Assembly: GCA_037444405.1 (NCBI GenBank)
Contig: JBBIML010000013.1
Coordinates: forward strand, 52,781-116,780
Length of the DNA: 64,000 nt
Origin: Armatimonadota bacterium
GTDB taxonomy: Bacteria > Armatimonadota > Fimbriimonadia > Fimbriimonadales > GBS-DC
Direction: 5' to 3'
Shown: in pieces, positions 39,870 to 50,293 of the stretch
Layout: the number at the start of each line of letters is the position of its first letter
Numbering within the stretch: the stretch's first letter is position 1
Notes under the pieces: model-generated
Seen by the model: the letters and a program-made list of their open reading frames with translations, nothing else
Database searches by the model: none
Told to the model about the DNA's origin: nothing
Program-made: the position numbers and the translations under genes

Positions 39870-41369
39870 TCAGCGCGTGTTAATGTGCAGCAGCAGCTGC
39901 TCCATGTCGAACGCGAGGTCGGCGTTCAGCGCTTTGCCCAGCAGCGATGCAGGCACCAGTATGCGACCGTTCACAATCTGCAACGACGCATCCAGCGGTA
40001 CCGCTTCGCCGTTCAGCACCGCGCGATTGGCGCGCACATCCAGAACCAGCTGCTTTCCTGCCAGCTCGATGGTGGCGACTTTGCGCTGGTTATCCCAGCT
40101 CAGTTTGCCGCCTGCCTGCTCGAACACCTGACGGACGGCAATCAGCGGGATACCATTCTGCACGCGCGGCGCGACATCGAACACAACAGGGCGCGCGTCA
40201 AGCAGTACCTCGCAGTGGGTGATGGTGGCGGGCAGGCGTGTGCCGGGGGTGAGCGTCAGCCAGCTTGTGCGAGCGGGCGCTCGCACTGCAGGCGCGGGCG
40301 CCAGCGCGATGGAGGGCGTGGCGAGTTTCTGCCCGCGCATGCGCGGCGTCCCCTGTACGGAACGTAGCTGGCTCTGTGCTGCCATCGGCTCGGTGGGCAC
40401 GCCCGTCGCGACAGGCGGCGCCGACTCGACAGGCGGAACGCTTAACCGACTGGCGTCGCCCGGCTGCGCTTCTGTCCGAGCCGCTCGATAGGATGCCGAC
40501 GGCGGCTGGAGGGGTGTGGTGATGGTAAGCGCATCCTGGGGGGGCGCCATCGGTCGGCTCGCGCGTGGCTCCGAATCGGCTGTAGCGGGTGGGCGGCTCA
40601 AACGGCTCTCAACCAACGCCTGACCCATAACGGCTTCGGGCGTCCGCAGCGAACCCGTGCTGGAAGCGGGTGCGGGCGCAGGCAGCGCCAGCGTCGGTTC
40701 GTTCAATCCGACCTGCTCATCCGACTGCGCGGGCAGTTGCCGCTCCGTGCGACCGCCGGGGTTTTTCACCAGCACGCGCGTCGGTGGCGACTTGAAGGTC
40801 TGCGTGCCGTCGAAGCTCCACGCCTCGATGGTGTGCCAGCCGTTGCGCTCGCGCGTGGTGTCCCAATAATACACATAGGGCGGGTAGTTGCGCAGGGTGC
40901 GTACCTGCCCGTCCACAAAGAACGACACATAGGGGCGCGATTGACCGCTCACGCGCACCTCGATGGGCACCGTGCCCGCCACACTGGTGCCGTGGCGCGG
41001 GATGAGGATGGTGATGGGCGCAGTGGGGTCGGGTGTGAGTTCGATCGGACCGCGCAGAGTGGTCAGCAGTCGCCCGCGCAAGTCGTAGAGTTTGACCGTC
41101 GCCTCGTGGATGCCAGGCGGTAGCCCCGCGTTGCTCAGCTGAATCTGGAGCGTGCCGCGCGTTGTGCCCGCCAGCTGGCGCTGCGCCACCACCACGCCAC
41201 CAATCTCCACCTCCACGGCGGCGGGCGCGACGCCCCGCACCTCCAGCGTCAGCGTATCAGGCGCACCGCGCACCAGCCGCACCATGCCCTGCGCGTCTGC
41301 AAGCGCCAGCGGCGACACGCTACCGAAAGCCAGCGCACTGTAAAACCATCGGCTCCGATTTGTTCCCAT
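39870..41369 (-). CDS. Exported protein with Ig-like domain, Pro/Ala linker and copper amine oxidase N-terminal-like domain
   Basis: Signal peptide, VSFFVDG...PPY.Y.WDT...NG.HT (Ig-like) and FDVAP.V.NG.PLI.VR.VFE..G..L.WD. Confidence 0.75.
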   Translation of the reverse strand: MGTNRSRWFYSALAFGSVSPLALADAQGMVRLVRGAPDTLTLEVRGVAPAAVEVEIGGVVVAQRQLAGTTRGTLQIQLSNAGLPPGIHEATVKLYDLRGRLLTTLRGPIELTPDPTAPITILIPRHGTSVAGTVPIEVRVSGQSRPYVSFFVDGQVRTLRNYPPYVYYWDTTRERNGWHTIEAWSFDGTQTFKSPPTRVLVKNPGGRTERQLPAQSDEQVGLNEPTLALPAPAPASSTGSLRTPEAVMGQALVESRLSRPPATADSEPRASRPMAPPQDALTITTPLQPPSASYRAARTEAQPGDASRLSVPPVESAPPVATGVPTEPMAAQSQLRSVQGTPRMRGQKLATPSIALAPAPAVRAPARTSWLTLTPGTRLPATITHCEVLLDARPVVFDVAPRVQNGIPLIAVRQVFEQAGGKLSWDNQRKVATIELAGKQLVLDVRANRAVLNGEAVPLDASLQIVNGRILVPASLLGKALNADLAFDMEQLLLHINTR

Positions 41370-41546
41370 CCATAGAACCTCCTTAATTGGTCGCACAACG
41401 AACCCGCTCGCCCGCCCCCCGAAAGAGCGCAGGCGAGGGGTCAATTGTACCCCCTGATGATTCTCACGAAATAGGGAGATTCCCTGCCATCTACGCGATT
41501 CCTGCCCTGAATCGGGTAAAATCGGCGCGGAATCGCGCCTAAACCC

Positions 41547-41576
41547 TTGACTTTTCTGGCGTCAATCGTCTAAACT
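41547..41576 (+). promoter_or_regulatory. Sigma70-type promoter for sigH (TTGACT-N18-TAAACT)
   Basis: Near-consensus -35 and -10 hexamers. Confidence 0.6.
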
Positions 41577-41582
41577 ACTATC

Positions 41583-41695
41583 GTCCGCACGGGGAGCGAA
41601 GGATGAAGGCGTGGCATGGGCGGTTTAACAGGAAACAGAACCCCGCAGCGCTGTGGGCAGCTGGGGGGCATCCCTCCTTCACACCTCGCGCGGGC
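41583..41695 (+). ncRNA. Candidate structured RNA / 5' leader of sigH
   Basis: 41583-41603 pairs with 41675-41695 (18 of 21 positions, including G-U); internal hairpin at about 41641-41667; begins about 7 nt after the -10 box. Confidence 0.45.
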
Positions 41696-41733
41696 TTGTC
41701 CGTAGAACGAGCAGGCGATGGAGGGGACCAGTG

Positions 41734-42480
41734 ATGGAATACAATATGGCATCCGACGAGCTAATCTACTTCGACGAGACCGGGCTGTGTTTCAACCAGA
41801 TGCAGGACGAGGAACTCGTGATGTACGCCAAGCAGGGCTGTCAACGCGCCACCGAGATTCTGATCCGCCGCTACCGTTCCCTTGTGGAGAGCAAAGCACG
41901 CGCCTACTTCCTCATCGGCGCCGACCATGAGGATGTGGTGCAGGAGGGGCTGATCGGGCTTTACAAAGCCATTCGCGACTTCCGATTTGACCGAATCCCC
42001 TCGTTCCGACCCTTCGCAGAAATCTGCATCACCCGCCAGATTATCACCGCAGTTAAGACCGCCACCCGCCAGAAACATCAGCCCCTCAACGATTATGTGT
42101 CGCTGTATAGCCCGCTTCAGAACAACGGCGAGGAATCGGACAGCTGCCTGGTGGAGGTGCTGCCCGATGTGAACGCGCTCAATCCTGAGCAGTGGATTCT
42201 GGAGCGGCGCATTCCGCAGGCGGTGCTGCGCATGGTGCGCGAGTTGCTTAGCCCGCTCGAACTGCAGGTGCTGGACTGCTATCTGGACGGTCTATCGTAT
42301 CGGGAGATGTCGGAGCGGCTCAATCGCCACACGAAGTGCATCGATAACGCTTTACAGCGCATCAAGAAGAAGCTCAAGCAGGTTTACGAAGATAATTATG
42401 GGGATTCGGAGGTGAGTTCGCGTCGCAAGCGGCGCACGCGAATCGCGCCCGAACTGGAAGACACCACCACCGCCCTATGA
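41734..42480 (+). CDS. sigH: RNA polymerase sigma factor SigH (Firmicutes-like)
   Basis: YFLIGADHEDVVQEG.IGLYKAIRD, CITRQIITAVKTATRQKH.PLN.YVSL and K.IDNALQR. Confidence 0.92.
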   Translation: MEYNMASDELIYFDETGLCFNQMQDEELVMYAKQGCQRATEILIRRYRSLVESKARAYFLIGADHEDVVQEGLIGLYKAIRDFRFDRIPSFRPFAEICITRQIITAVKTATRQKHQPLNDYVSLYSPLQNNGEESDSCLVEVLPDVNALNPEQWILERRIPQAVLRMVRELLSPLELQVLDCYLDGLSYREMSERLNRHTKCIDNALQRIKKKLKQVYEDNYGDSEVSSRRKRRTRIAPELEDTTTAL

Positions 42481-43463
42481 GCCGTCTCCGCGTTGCTGAG
42501 TCGGATGTGCTGACGGTCGCCCGCGAGGTGCTGGAGATTGAGGCGACCGCCATCCTGCGCTTGCGGGAGCAGCTGGACGCCTCGTTCGAGCGAGCAGTGC
42601 AGGCATTACTGCGCTGTGAGGGGCGGCTGGTGCTGAGCGGCGTGGGCAAGTCGGGCGCAATTGCCCGCAAGCTGGCGGGCACTTTCAGCAGCACGGGCAC
42701 ACCCGCCATGTTTTTGCACCCGACCGAAGCCGCGCATGGCGACCTGGGCGCTGTCACCCCGCAGGATGTCGCCCTGCTGCTCTCCTACAGCGGTGAAACC
42801 GAGGAGCTGATCACGCTGTGCCCCGCCATCAAGCGCCTGCAGGTGTTCACGATGGTGATGACGGGTCGCCCCGATTCGACGCTGGGTCGCATGGCGGATC
42901 TGGTGCTGAATGTGGCGATTGAGCGGGAGGCGTGCCCGCACAATCTGGCGCCGACCGCCAGCACGACGGCGATGCTGGCGCTTGGCGACGCGCTCGCGCT
43001 CTCGGTGATGGTCGCGCGCGGCTTCACGCCCGACGACTTCGCGCTCAATCACCCTGCGGGCACGCTGGGCAGACGGCTGCTGCTGCGGGCATATGATGTG
43101 ATGCGCACGGGCGACGCGCTCGCAATCGTGCATCAGAATGCCCCGTTGCGCGACGCGCTGTTCGCCATCACGAAAGCGGGCGCAGGCGCCGCATGTGTGG
43201 TCGACGATGAGGGCGTGATGGTCGGGCTGATCACCGATGGCGACATCCGCCGCCGCCTGCTACAGGACGAACATGCCCTGCGCGAACCCGTGAATCAGGC
43301 GATGACCCGAACGCCCTATGTACTGCAAGGCAACCCGCTCGCGATTGAGGTGCTGGAAAAGTTTCAGAGCCTGCCCGTCAAAATCGGGGATATGCCCGTG
43401 CTGGACGACGCGGGACGACCAATTGGCATGGTGGTGCTGAAAGACCTGCTGCGCTGTCTGTGA
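42477..43463 (+). CDS. kdsD: Arabinose-5-phosphate isomerase (KpsF/GutQ), SIS plus CBS domains
   Basis: GVGKSG, HPTEAAHGDLG, EACPHNLAPTAS, HPAGTLG and ITDGDIRR. Confidence 0.93.
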   Translation: MSRLRVAESDVLTVAREVLEIEATAILRLREQLDASFERAVQALLRCEGRLVLSGVGKSGAIARKLAGTFSSTGTPAMFLHPTEAAHGDLGAVTPQDVALLLSYSGETEELITLCPAIKRLQVFTMVMTGRPDSTLGRMADLVLNVAIEREACPHNLAPTASTTAMLALGDALALSVMVARGFTPDDFALNHPAGTLGRRLLLRAYDVMRTGDALAIVHQNAPLRDALFAITKAGAGAACVVDDEGVMVGLITDGDIRRRLLQDEHALREPVNQAMTRTPYVLQGNPLAIEVLEKFQSLPVKIGDMPVLDDAGRPIGMVVLKDLLRCL

Positions 43464-43464
43464 G

Positions 43465-44574
43465 TCAGACGCGCTCACGGCGAGCAATCAGCCAGATTGC
43501 CAGTGCCAGCCCTATCAGGTTCGGCAGGAAGCTGGCAAGCAGCGGTGGCACGGCACTGCGCCCCAGAATCACCAGATAGCGTGCCAGCACCCAGTAGAAG
43601 AAGATAATCGCGATGCTGAGCGCGAAGCCGACGGCGGGACTGCTGCGCTGCGGGCGAATGCTCAGCGGCGCACCGACCAGCGCGAAAATCAGGCTTGCCA
43701 GCGGCACCGCAATTTTGTTGTAGAGTTCCACTGTGAGCTGGCGCACCATCGTCGGCTCCACACCCTCCTGACGATAGAACTCGATCTGCTGGCGCAGCTG
43801 GCGGAAGGAGCGGGCGTCCGTATCCGTGAGCAGCGCTTCGATCTGCAACGGGCTGCGCCGTATCTGCACACCTGCGACAGGCTCGCTGCGGAACACGCGG
43901 AAGGTGCCGTATTGCCCATCGGCTGTGCGCCACCAGCCGTCGTACAGCACCCATTCGGCGTCGCCATCCCATTTCGCCCGTTGCGCGAAGGCGATGGCTT
44001 CAGGTTCGCGCACGCGCCCCGCGCGATACTTGATGATGGTGACCTGAAACAGCTGCTGGCTTTGTGGGTCGCGTCCGCCCGCCACAATCACATACGAATC
44101 GAGCCGTCCGTCGCGCCACTGTGGGAATCCGAACGCCTGTTGCTCGGTGAGCTGGAGCCGTTCGAGGATGCGGGCGCGGATGGCGCCGGCGCGGGCGGCT
44201 GCCCACGGCACCACCGTCTCGTTGAAGCCCATCGCCAACAGGCTGACCAGCAGCCCCATCACGCCCACTGGCAGCATCAGCCGTCGGATGCTGACGCCCG
44301 CCGCCCGCAACGCGGTGATCTCCCAATCGGACGACAGCCGCCCGAAGCCCAGCAGGGTCGCCAGCAGCATGCCCATCGGCAGCGTCTTGACCGCAATCTG
44401 GGGCAGATAGAGCGCGGACAGCGCCAGCACCTCGCGCAGCGGCACGCCTTTGACCGCATATTCGGTGATCATGAACACATAGCCGCCCGTGAAGACGAGC
44501 GTGGTGAACAGCCCCACACCGAACAGCAACGGCGCCAGCAACTCCCGCACCACCAGCCGATCCACCAGCCGCAT
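43465..44574 (-). CDS. LptF/LptG family LPS export permease
   Basis: DRLVVRE, LPMGMLLA...GRLSSD.EI.ALRAAGVS, K.A.P and A..LPN. Confidence 0.9.
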   Translation of the reverse strand: MRLVDRLVVRELLAPLLFGVGLFTTLVFTGGYVFMITEYAVKGVPLREVLALSALYLPQIAVKTLPMGMLLATLLGFGRLSSDWEITALRAAGVSIRRLMLPVGVMGLLVSLLAMGFNETVVPWAAARAGAIRARILERLQLTEQQAFGFPQWRDGRLDSYVIVAGGRDPQSQQLFQVTIIKYRAGRVREPEAIAFAQRAKWDGDAEWVLYDGWWRTADGQYGTFRVFRSEPVAGVQIRRSPLQIEALLTDTDARSFRQLRQQIEFYRQEGVEPTMVRQLTVELYNKIAVPLASLIFALVGAPLSIRPQRSSPAVGFALSIAIIFFYWVLARYLVILGRSAVPPLLASFLPNLIGLALAIWLIARRERV

Positions 44575-44614
44575 CGGTTAGAAGGATACCTTTCGGTCAG
44601 CAGGGCTGGTAGCG

Positions 44615-45733
44615 TCAGCGGTTGGCGACCAGGAAGTAGATGCTCAGCAGCAGCCACACGATTCGCAACGGCTCTTCGATGGAGCCGCTGCGACGGCGGG
44701 GCATCGGCACATCGATGGTATCGCCGGGCTGAAGCGTCTCATCGGCGCGGCTGCCCTGTGCCACCTGCAGCAGGTTCACCACGATCCGCTGCGTGCGCTT
44801 GCCGCTGGGTCGCTCGATGGTCACGCGCTCCAGCTTCGCTTCGGGCAGGGGACCGCCAGCCGCCTCCAGCGCCTGCGTGAGCGTCATGTTCTCCACATAG
44901 TTGATCAGCCCTGGTCGGCGCACGCCGCCCCGCACCAGCACGAACTGCTTTGTGGCGCGATAGGGCACGGTGATCTGGTCGCCAGGCTGCAGCGGGATGT
45001 CGCCCTGCAGGGTATTGAGGTTGATGGTTTCAGGCTGGGCGCTCTGGGCGCGTTTGAGCGTGATTTTAGTGGTGTCGGCTTCGGGCAGCGTGCCGCCCGC
45101 CTTGCCAATCGCCTGAATCAGCGTCAGCCCCTGCTCGTAGGGCACGACGCCCGGCTTCTGCACCGCGCCCACCACAATCACATTGCGTCCACCCGCCTGC
45201 AACGGCACAAAGATTCGGTCGCCCGCCCGCAGTTCGGGGTTCTCGTTCGAGTCGCCCTCCTGCTGGAACTTCAGGAAGTTGATGGTGAGTCGCGTGCCGT
45301 CGAGCCGTTCGAGGCGGATGGCGCTCAGGTCGGCGGCGTCGCTGGGCTGGGCTTCGCGCAGGGCATCGCTCAGCCGCCAGCCCGATTGAAGCGTGAACTC
45401 GCCCGCTTTGCGCACGGCGCCGGAAACGCTCACCTTCGGCTCGGCACGCTCCACAATCTCCACTTTCACCTGCGGGTTGCGCAGGTATCCGCCCTCCCGC
45501 AGGCGGCGGGCAATCTCGTTTGCCAGCTGCGTGGGGGTCAGCCCCACCGCTTTGAGGACGCCAATCAGCGGCATCTGCAGGTTGCCCTGCTCATCCACCT
45601 TATACACGCGCGAGAGCGAGGCGTCGGGTTGGATTGTGATCTTGAGTGAGTCGCCTGGCGCAATCGTTAACTCCTGCGTCAGCCCGCCTGATAGAATCGT
45701 CAGCAGTGCGCACAGCCCCAGAATCGCTCGCAT
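44615..45733 (-). CDS. Polysaccharide export/SLBB-domain protein (Wza-like)
   Basis: Poly_export domain (PGD.L.I...G...PLIG...GLT) and three SLBB repeats (V.GAV..PG...AGG...GD). Confidence 0.85.
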   Translation of the reverse strand: MRAILGLCALLTILSGGLTQELTIAPGDSLKITIQPDASLSRVYKVDEQGNLQMPLIGVLKAVGLTPTQLANEIARRLREGGYLRNPQVKVEIVERAEPKVSVSGAVRKAGEFTLQSGWRLSDALREAQPSDAADLSAIRLERLDGTRLTINFLKFQQEGDSNENPELRAGDRIFVPLQAGGRNVIVVGAVQKPGVVPYEQGLTLIQAIGKAGGTLPEADTTKITLKRAQSAQPETINLNTLQGDIPLQPGDQITVPYRATKQFVLVRGGVRRPGLINYVENMTLTQALEAAGGPLPEAKLERVTIERPSGKRTQRIVVNLLQVAQGSRADETLQPGDTIDVPMPRRRSGSIEEPLRIVWLLLSIYFLVANR

Positions 45734-45801
45734 CGTTTTCACCCGTCCATAAGATACCCAACACAACGGGAGTCTGGCTGATGGTGGCGAAAGGAACCTG
45801 T

Positions 45802-48141
45802 ATGCGAGCATGGCTGTTGTTGATGAGTGGCTGGTTGGTGGGTTGGGCATGGGCGCAGGCGGCGCCGCGCTCGGTGGAGGCGATCCCGCGCAGCCCAACC
45901 CGCATCACCCTCTTCTGGCTGCCTCCACGCGATGCGAATCCGACGGGCTATCGCGTCTATCGGAACGGCTCGCCTGTGCGCGACCTGCCCGCTGACGCAC
46001 GCTCATTCGACTTCGAACCGCTGGAATCAGGTCAGCCCTATACGCTGGGCGTGGCCGCTCTGTATGACGGAGGTCAGGAATCGGCGCGGGTGGAGCGCGT
46101 CGATCGCCCTTACCGCACGGTGCCGCGCGAGGCGCGCTACCCGATTGTGATTGTGGGCGGCACAGCGTCGGGCGTCGGCGCCGCCATCACCGCCGCGCGG
46201 ATGGGCGTCCGCGTCGCCCTGTTAGAGGAGACCAACCGTCTCGGCGGCATGATCGCCAACGGCGTCGCCATCACCGATGTGCGCGTGCCCAGCCGAATCA
46301 GCGGGCTGTTCGAAGAGTTCCGCCAGAAGGTGGAAGCCTACTACAGAGCGCAGGGCGCCGACACCAGCAACTATATCTACCGCAACGGGCTGAACTACGA
46401 GCCGTGGGTCGCCAACATGCTCATCAAATCGATGGTCTACGCCGAGCCGAACATCGATCTCTACTTCGGCGTGCGTCCTATGCGAACGCTGAAGGACGGC
46501 AATCGCGTGATTGGGGTGGAGGTGCAATCGGTGCTGGACGGCATGCGCGGGCGGTTCTATGCGGAGATGGTCATCGACGCGACGGTGGAAGCCGATGTGG
46601 CGGCGTGGGCGGGCGCGAAGTGGCACATCGGGCGCGAGCCACGCACCCCTGAAGAACCCCACGCGGGCGTCATCTACTACGACCGCCTGACCGACCGCAT
46701 CCTGCCCAATAGCACAGGCAAGGGCGATAAGCGCATCCAGGCATACGCGCTCATGCTCGCCGTGCAGAACTACCCCACCGAACAGGTGCGCACGCCCCCA
46801 CCCGGCTACGACCCGCGCAACTATATCCTTGCGCCGCCATGGGAGCGGTCATGGGCGTATCTGTACGGGCGATTCCCGAACAATAAGTTTGAGATTAACC
46901 AGCATCCGCACGGCTCCGACCTGCAGGAGGTGAACTATCGCTATCCGACCGCCCGCTGGGAGGAGCGGCGGCGCATCTATGAAATCTACAAGAACCATGC
47001 GCTGGGCTACCTGCACTATATTCAGACGGTGCAGGGTCAGCGCAGACTCTGGCTGGCGGAAGATGAGTACCGCGATAATGAGAACCTGCCGCCGATTCTG
47101 TATGTGCGGGAGGCGCGGCGGATTGAAGGCGAGGTGCTGCTGAAGGAGATGGACATCATTCGCGCCCGCGAGCGCATCCGCCCCGATTCAATTGCGATTG
47201 GCGACTATCCGATGGACTCGCACGCCGTGCGCCGGGTGGTCGTGCCCGAAGGGGTCAATCCTGAAGAGGTGCGCCATATGGGTGAGGGCGAGTACTGGCT
47301 CTATCAATACACACCCTGGTATCAGGTGCCCTATGGGGTGATCGTGCCGAAGGGCGTGGAGGGCTTGCTGGTGAGCAGTGCGGTGTCAGCAACACATCTG
47401 GCGTATGGCACGCTGCGGATGGAGCCGGTGCGCATGGCGCTGGGTCAGGCGGCGGGCGTCGCGGCGGCGCTCAGCGTGCAGACGGGCATCCCTCCGCGCC
47501 GACTGCCCGTCAGCGCGATTCAGCGCCAACTGTTGCGCTTCGGTGCGTACATCTACTGGTTCCCCGATGTGAACCCTGCCACCGAGCATTTTGAGGCGAT
47601 CCAGTTTTTAGCGGCGCGGGGCTACTTCCCGACGGAGCGGTTCGAGCCGACTCAGCCGCTCACGCGCGGTGAAGCCGCTCGCCTGCTGTGGCATCACCTG
47701 CGCACGCTCAAGCCCGATCTGCGCGAAGAGCATTATCAGGGTCTGGCGTTCACCGATGTGCTGTTCGGGCATCCGTACGCAGTGCCTGTGCAGAATCTGT
47801 TCCTGCAGGGCGTGCTGGAGCTGACCGAGAGCCGCCGTTTTGAACCTGACCGTCCCGTCACGCGGCGCGAGTTGTCCCGCTGGCTGGTCAAAGCGATGCA
47901 GCGGCTCGCACCCGACTGGCAGGCGGAGCGTCCGAGCCAGTCGCCCTATATCGATGTGGCGCTGGACGATCCTGACCTGCCGTTTATTGCGGCGCTTCAC
48001 CGCCATCGGGTCAGCGCGCTGCTGTGGGATGGGGTCGGTGCAGCCACGCCTGACGGCATCCGCTTCCAGCCGGATGCGCCGCTGGAGCGTGCCGACGCCG
48101 CCGTCGCCCTCTACTTCGCCTGGCGCACCGTTGCAGAGTGA
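45802..48141 (+). CDS. Exported FAD-dependent oxidoreductase with FN3 and SLH-like domains
   Basis: Signal peptide, FN3-like GYRVYRNG, IVGG..SG..AAI.AAR.G, YVREARRI, RMEP and C-terminal F.DV...TR.E repeats. Confidence 0.8.
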   Translation: MRAWLLLMSGWLVGWAWAQAAPRSVEAIPRSPTRITLFWLPPRDANPTGYRVYRNGSPVRDLPADARSFDFEPLESGQPYTLGVAALYDGGQESARVERVDRPYRTVPREARYPIVIVGGTASGVGAAITAARMGVRVALLEETNRLGGMIANGVAITDVRVPSRISGLFEEFRQKVEAYYRAQGADTSNYIYRNGLNYEPWVANMLIKSMVYAEPNIDLYFGVRPMRTLKDGNRVIGVEVQSVLDGMRGRFYAEMVIDATVEADVAAWAGAKWHIGREPRTPEEPHAGVIYYDRLTDRILPNSTGKGDKRIQAYALMLAVQNYPTEQVRTPPPGYDPRNYILAPPWERSWAYLYGRFPNNKFEINQHPHGSDLQEVNYRYPTARWEERRRIYEIYKNHALGYLHYIQTVQGQRRLWLAEDEYRDNENLPPILYVREARRIEGEVLLKEMDIIRARERIRPDSIAIGDYPMDSHAVRRVVVPEGVNPEEVRHMGEGEYWLYQYTPWYQVPYGVIVPKGVEGLLVSSAVSATHLAYGTLRMEPVRMALGQAAGVAAALSVQTGIPPRRLPVSAIQRQLLRFGAYIYWFPDVNPATEHFEAIQFLAARGYFPTERFEPTQPLTRGEAARLLWHHLRTLKPDLREEHYQGLAFTDVLFGHPYAVPVQNLFLQGVLELTESRRFEPDRPVTRRELSRWLVKAMQRLAPDWQAERPSQSPYIDVALDDPDLPFIAALHRHRVSALLWDGVGAATPDGIRFQPDAPLERADAAVALYFAWRTVAE

Positions 48142-48161
48142 GAGACAGGTACAATCCCTGT

Positions 48162-48659
48162 ATGATTATTCTGGGTGTGGACCCGGGCACGGCGACGATG
48201 GGCTACGGCGTGCTGGAGAGCGTGGGCAACCGCTACCATGCGCTGGCTTTCGGCGTGCTGGAGACCCCCAAAACAATCCCTGCCCATGAACGCCTGCGCC
48301 TGCTCTATGAAGGGCTGAACACGCTCATCGAGCAGTTCCAACCCGATGTGCTGGCGACGGAGCAGCTGCTGTTCAGCACGAATCGGCGTACAGCGATTCA
48401 GGTGGCGCGGGCAGCCGGCGTCGCCCTGCTGACCGCTGCCCAGCATCGCCTGCCCTGGTACGAATACACGCCGATGCAGGTCAAGCAGGCGGTGACTGGC
48501 TACGGCGGCGCGGATAAAAAGCAGGTGCAGCAGATGGTGCAACGCCTGCTGGCTCTGCCAGAAGCGCCCAGACCTGACGACGCCGCCGACGCGCTCGCCG
48601 TCGCCATCTGCCACGCCCATCACCAGTCGCTGCTGCGACTGACAGGAGGCGCACGGTGA
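48162..48659 (+). CDS. ruvC: Holliday junction resolvase RuvC
   Basis: ILGVDPG, EYTP.QVK.AVTGYG.ADK.QV and DDAADALAVAICH. Confidence 0.96.
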   Translation: MIILGVDPGTATMGYGVLESVGNRYHALAFGVLETPKTIPAHERLRLLYEGLNTLIEQFQPDVLATEQLLFSTNRRTAIQVARAAGVALLTAAQHRLPWYEYTPMQVKQAVTGYGGADKKQVQQMVQRLLALPEAPRPDDAADALAVAICHAHHQSLLRLTGGAR

Positions 48660-48853
48660 ACATCCCGTTCGTGCTGGTCTGCCTGGCGATTATTGCCGTG
48701 CTGATGGCAATCGCCTATCGCAACCTGCGGCGATTGAACCAGCGCATCGCGGAATGGGACGAGGAGCGCGCCCGACAACCGATGGACCCGTTTCAGGCGC
48801 TGGCTGAACTCTATCGCCTGCAGGAAAGCCGTCGGCGCGACCGAAAATCGTGA
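48656..48853 (+). CDS. Small single-TM protein
   Basis: GGAGG RBS, 4-nt overlaps with both neighbours, N-terminal TM. Confidence 0.6.
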   Translation: MNIPFVLVCLAIIAVLMAIAYRNLRRLNQRIAEWDEERARQPMDPFQALAELYRLQESRRRDRKS

Positions 48854-49797
48854 ATATGCCCAGAGCGGTTGTAACAGGCGGCGCCGGCTTCATCGGCTCC
48901 CATCTGGTGGATCGGCTGCTAACGGAAGGCTGGCAGGTAGTCGTGATCGATAATCTCATCACGGGCAGCCGGGAGAACCTGCGCCATCATGAGGGCAATC
49001 CGAATCTGGAGTTCATTCTGCACGATGTGCGCCAGCCGTTTGAGGTGGCGGGCGCGGTGGACTATGTGTTCCATCTGGCGGCGACCGCCAGCCCGGTGGA
49101 TTTCATTCGGCGCCCGCTGGAGACGCTCACGGTCGGCTCCTACGGCACGGAGAATGCACTTGCGCTCGCGCTGGCAAAAGGCGCGAAGTTCCTGTTCACC
49201 TCCACCTCCGAAGTGTATGGCGACCCGATGGTGCATCCCCAATCGGAAGATTACTGGGGGAATGTGAACCCGATTGGCGTTCGGGGCGTGTACGACGAAT
49301 CGAAGCGGTACGCCGAGTCGCTGGTGATGGCGTACCATCGCTACCGGGGCGCAGACACGCGCATCGCACGCATTTTCAACACTTTTGGGGAGCGCATGCG
49401 GCTGGATGACGGGCGCGTGGTGCCCAACTTCATCCGGCAGGCGTTGCTGGGCGAACCCATCACGGTGTACGGCGACGGCAGCCAGACGCGCAGCTTCTGC
49501 TATGTGTCGGATCTGATAGAGGGTCTCTGGCGACTGGCACAGAGCGACTACCACCTGCCCGTGAATCTGGGCAACCCCGATGAGCGCACGATTCTGGAGT
49601 TTGCCCGGCTGATTAAGGAGCTGACGGGCAGCACCAGCCCGATAGAGTTCCGTGAGTTTCTGACCCCCGATGACCCGCATCGGCGTTGCCCCGACATTCG
49701 GCGGGCGCGCGAGCTGCTGGGCTGGGAGCCGCGCGTGCCCCTTGAGGAGGGCTTGCGCCGCACCATTGCCGACTTCCGCCAGCGGCTCAACCGATGA
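48850..49797 (+). CDS. UDP-glucuronate decarboxylase-like SDR
   Basis: [33 protein letters not shown] and TRSFCYV. Confidence 0.92.
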   Translation: MNMPRAVVTGGAGFIGSHLVDRLLTEGWQVVVIDNLITGSRENLRHHEGNPNLEFILHDVRQPFEVAGAVDYVFHLAATASPVDFIRRPLETLTVGSYGTENALALALAKGAKFLFTSTSEVYGDPMVHPQSEDYWGNVNPIGVRGVYDESKRYAESLVMAYHRYRGADTRIARIFNTFGERMRLDDGRVVPNFIRQALLGEPITVYGDGSQTRSFCYVSDLIEGLWRLAQSDYHLPVNLGNPDERTILEFARLIKELTGSTSPIEFREFLTPDDPHRRCPDIRRARELLGWEPRVPLEEGLRRTIADFRQRLNR

Positions 49798-50291
49798 GAG
49801 TGAACTTTCGCAGTCTGGGCACTCTGCTCAAGCAAACATCTCTCGTGCTGGCGAGGCTGCTGGGCTACACTGCGCTCTCGGTGCTGCTGTTCTGGGCGGT
49901 GCATCCGCTATGGCTGGTGGTGTTCTGGGGCTTGCAGGGCTACCCTGCGAGCTGGGGCGACCTTGCCCGCTGGTATCAGCTGGGCGCGTTTAATATGCTG
50001 CCGATGATGGCGGGGCTGATGGCTACGCCGGTGCTGATGGGTGTGCTGTGGCTGTTGCAGGTGCGAACCTCGCTGGCGCGCTGGATGCGCACGGCGCTGG
50101 GCGCGCTGCTCATGGCGGGGCTGGTTCCACCGCTCGCCTACTGCCTGCTCCTGCTCTATGCCGATGTGTGGGCGTATCGGGCTTGGGATGTGATGGCACC
50201 AGCCCTTCTACACGCCTACCTGATGCTGGCGCCCTCCTGCGTGCTGACGGGTGGCGTCCTCGGGTGGCTCTGCGGGCGCAGACACAAATAA
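49794..50291 (+). CDS. Hypothetical membrane protein
   Basis: About four hydrophobic helices; ATGA overlap with the upstream gene. Confidence 0.6.
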   Translation: MRVNFRSLGTLLKQTSLVLARLLGYTALSVLLFWAVHPLWLVVFWGLQGYPASWGDLARWYQLGAFNMLPMMAGLMATPVLMGVLWLLQVRTSLARWMRTALGALLMAGLVPPLAYCLLLLYADVWAYRAWDVMAPALLHAYLMLAPSCVLTGGVLGWLCGRRHK

Positions 50292-50293
50292 AC

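Noticed and set aside
41400..41455. Minus-strand UUCG-capped hairpin upstream of the 41369 gene considered as a c-di-GMP riboswitch
   Set aside because: It is a single hairpin just after a -10 box with no second stem or conserved core; probably a 5' stabiliser
41583..41695. SRP (4.5S) or 6S RNA identity for the sigH leader
   Set aside because: It lacks the SRP CAGG...GGAA...AGCAG domain IV core and is too short and asymmetric for 6S
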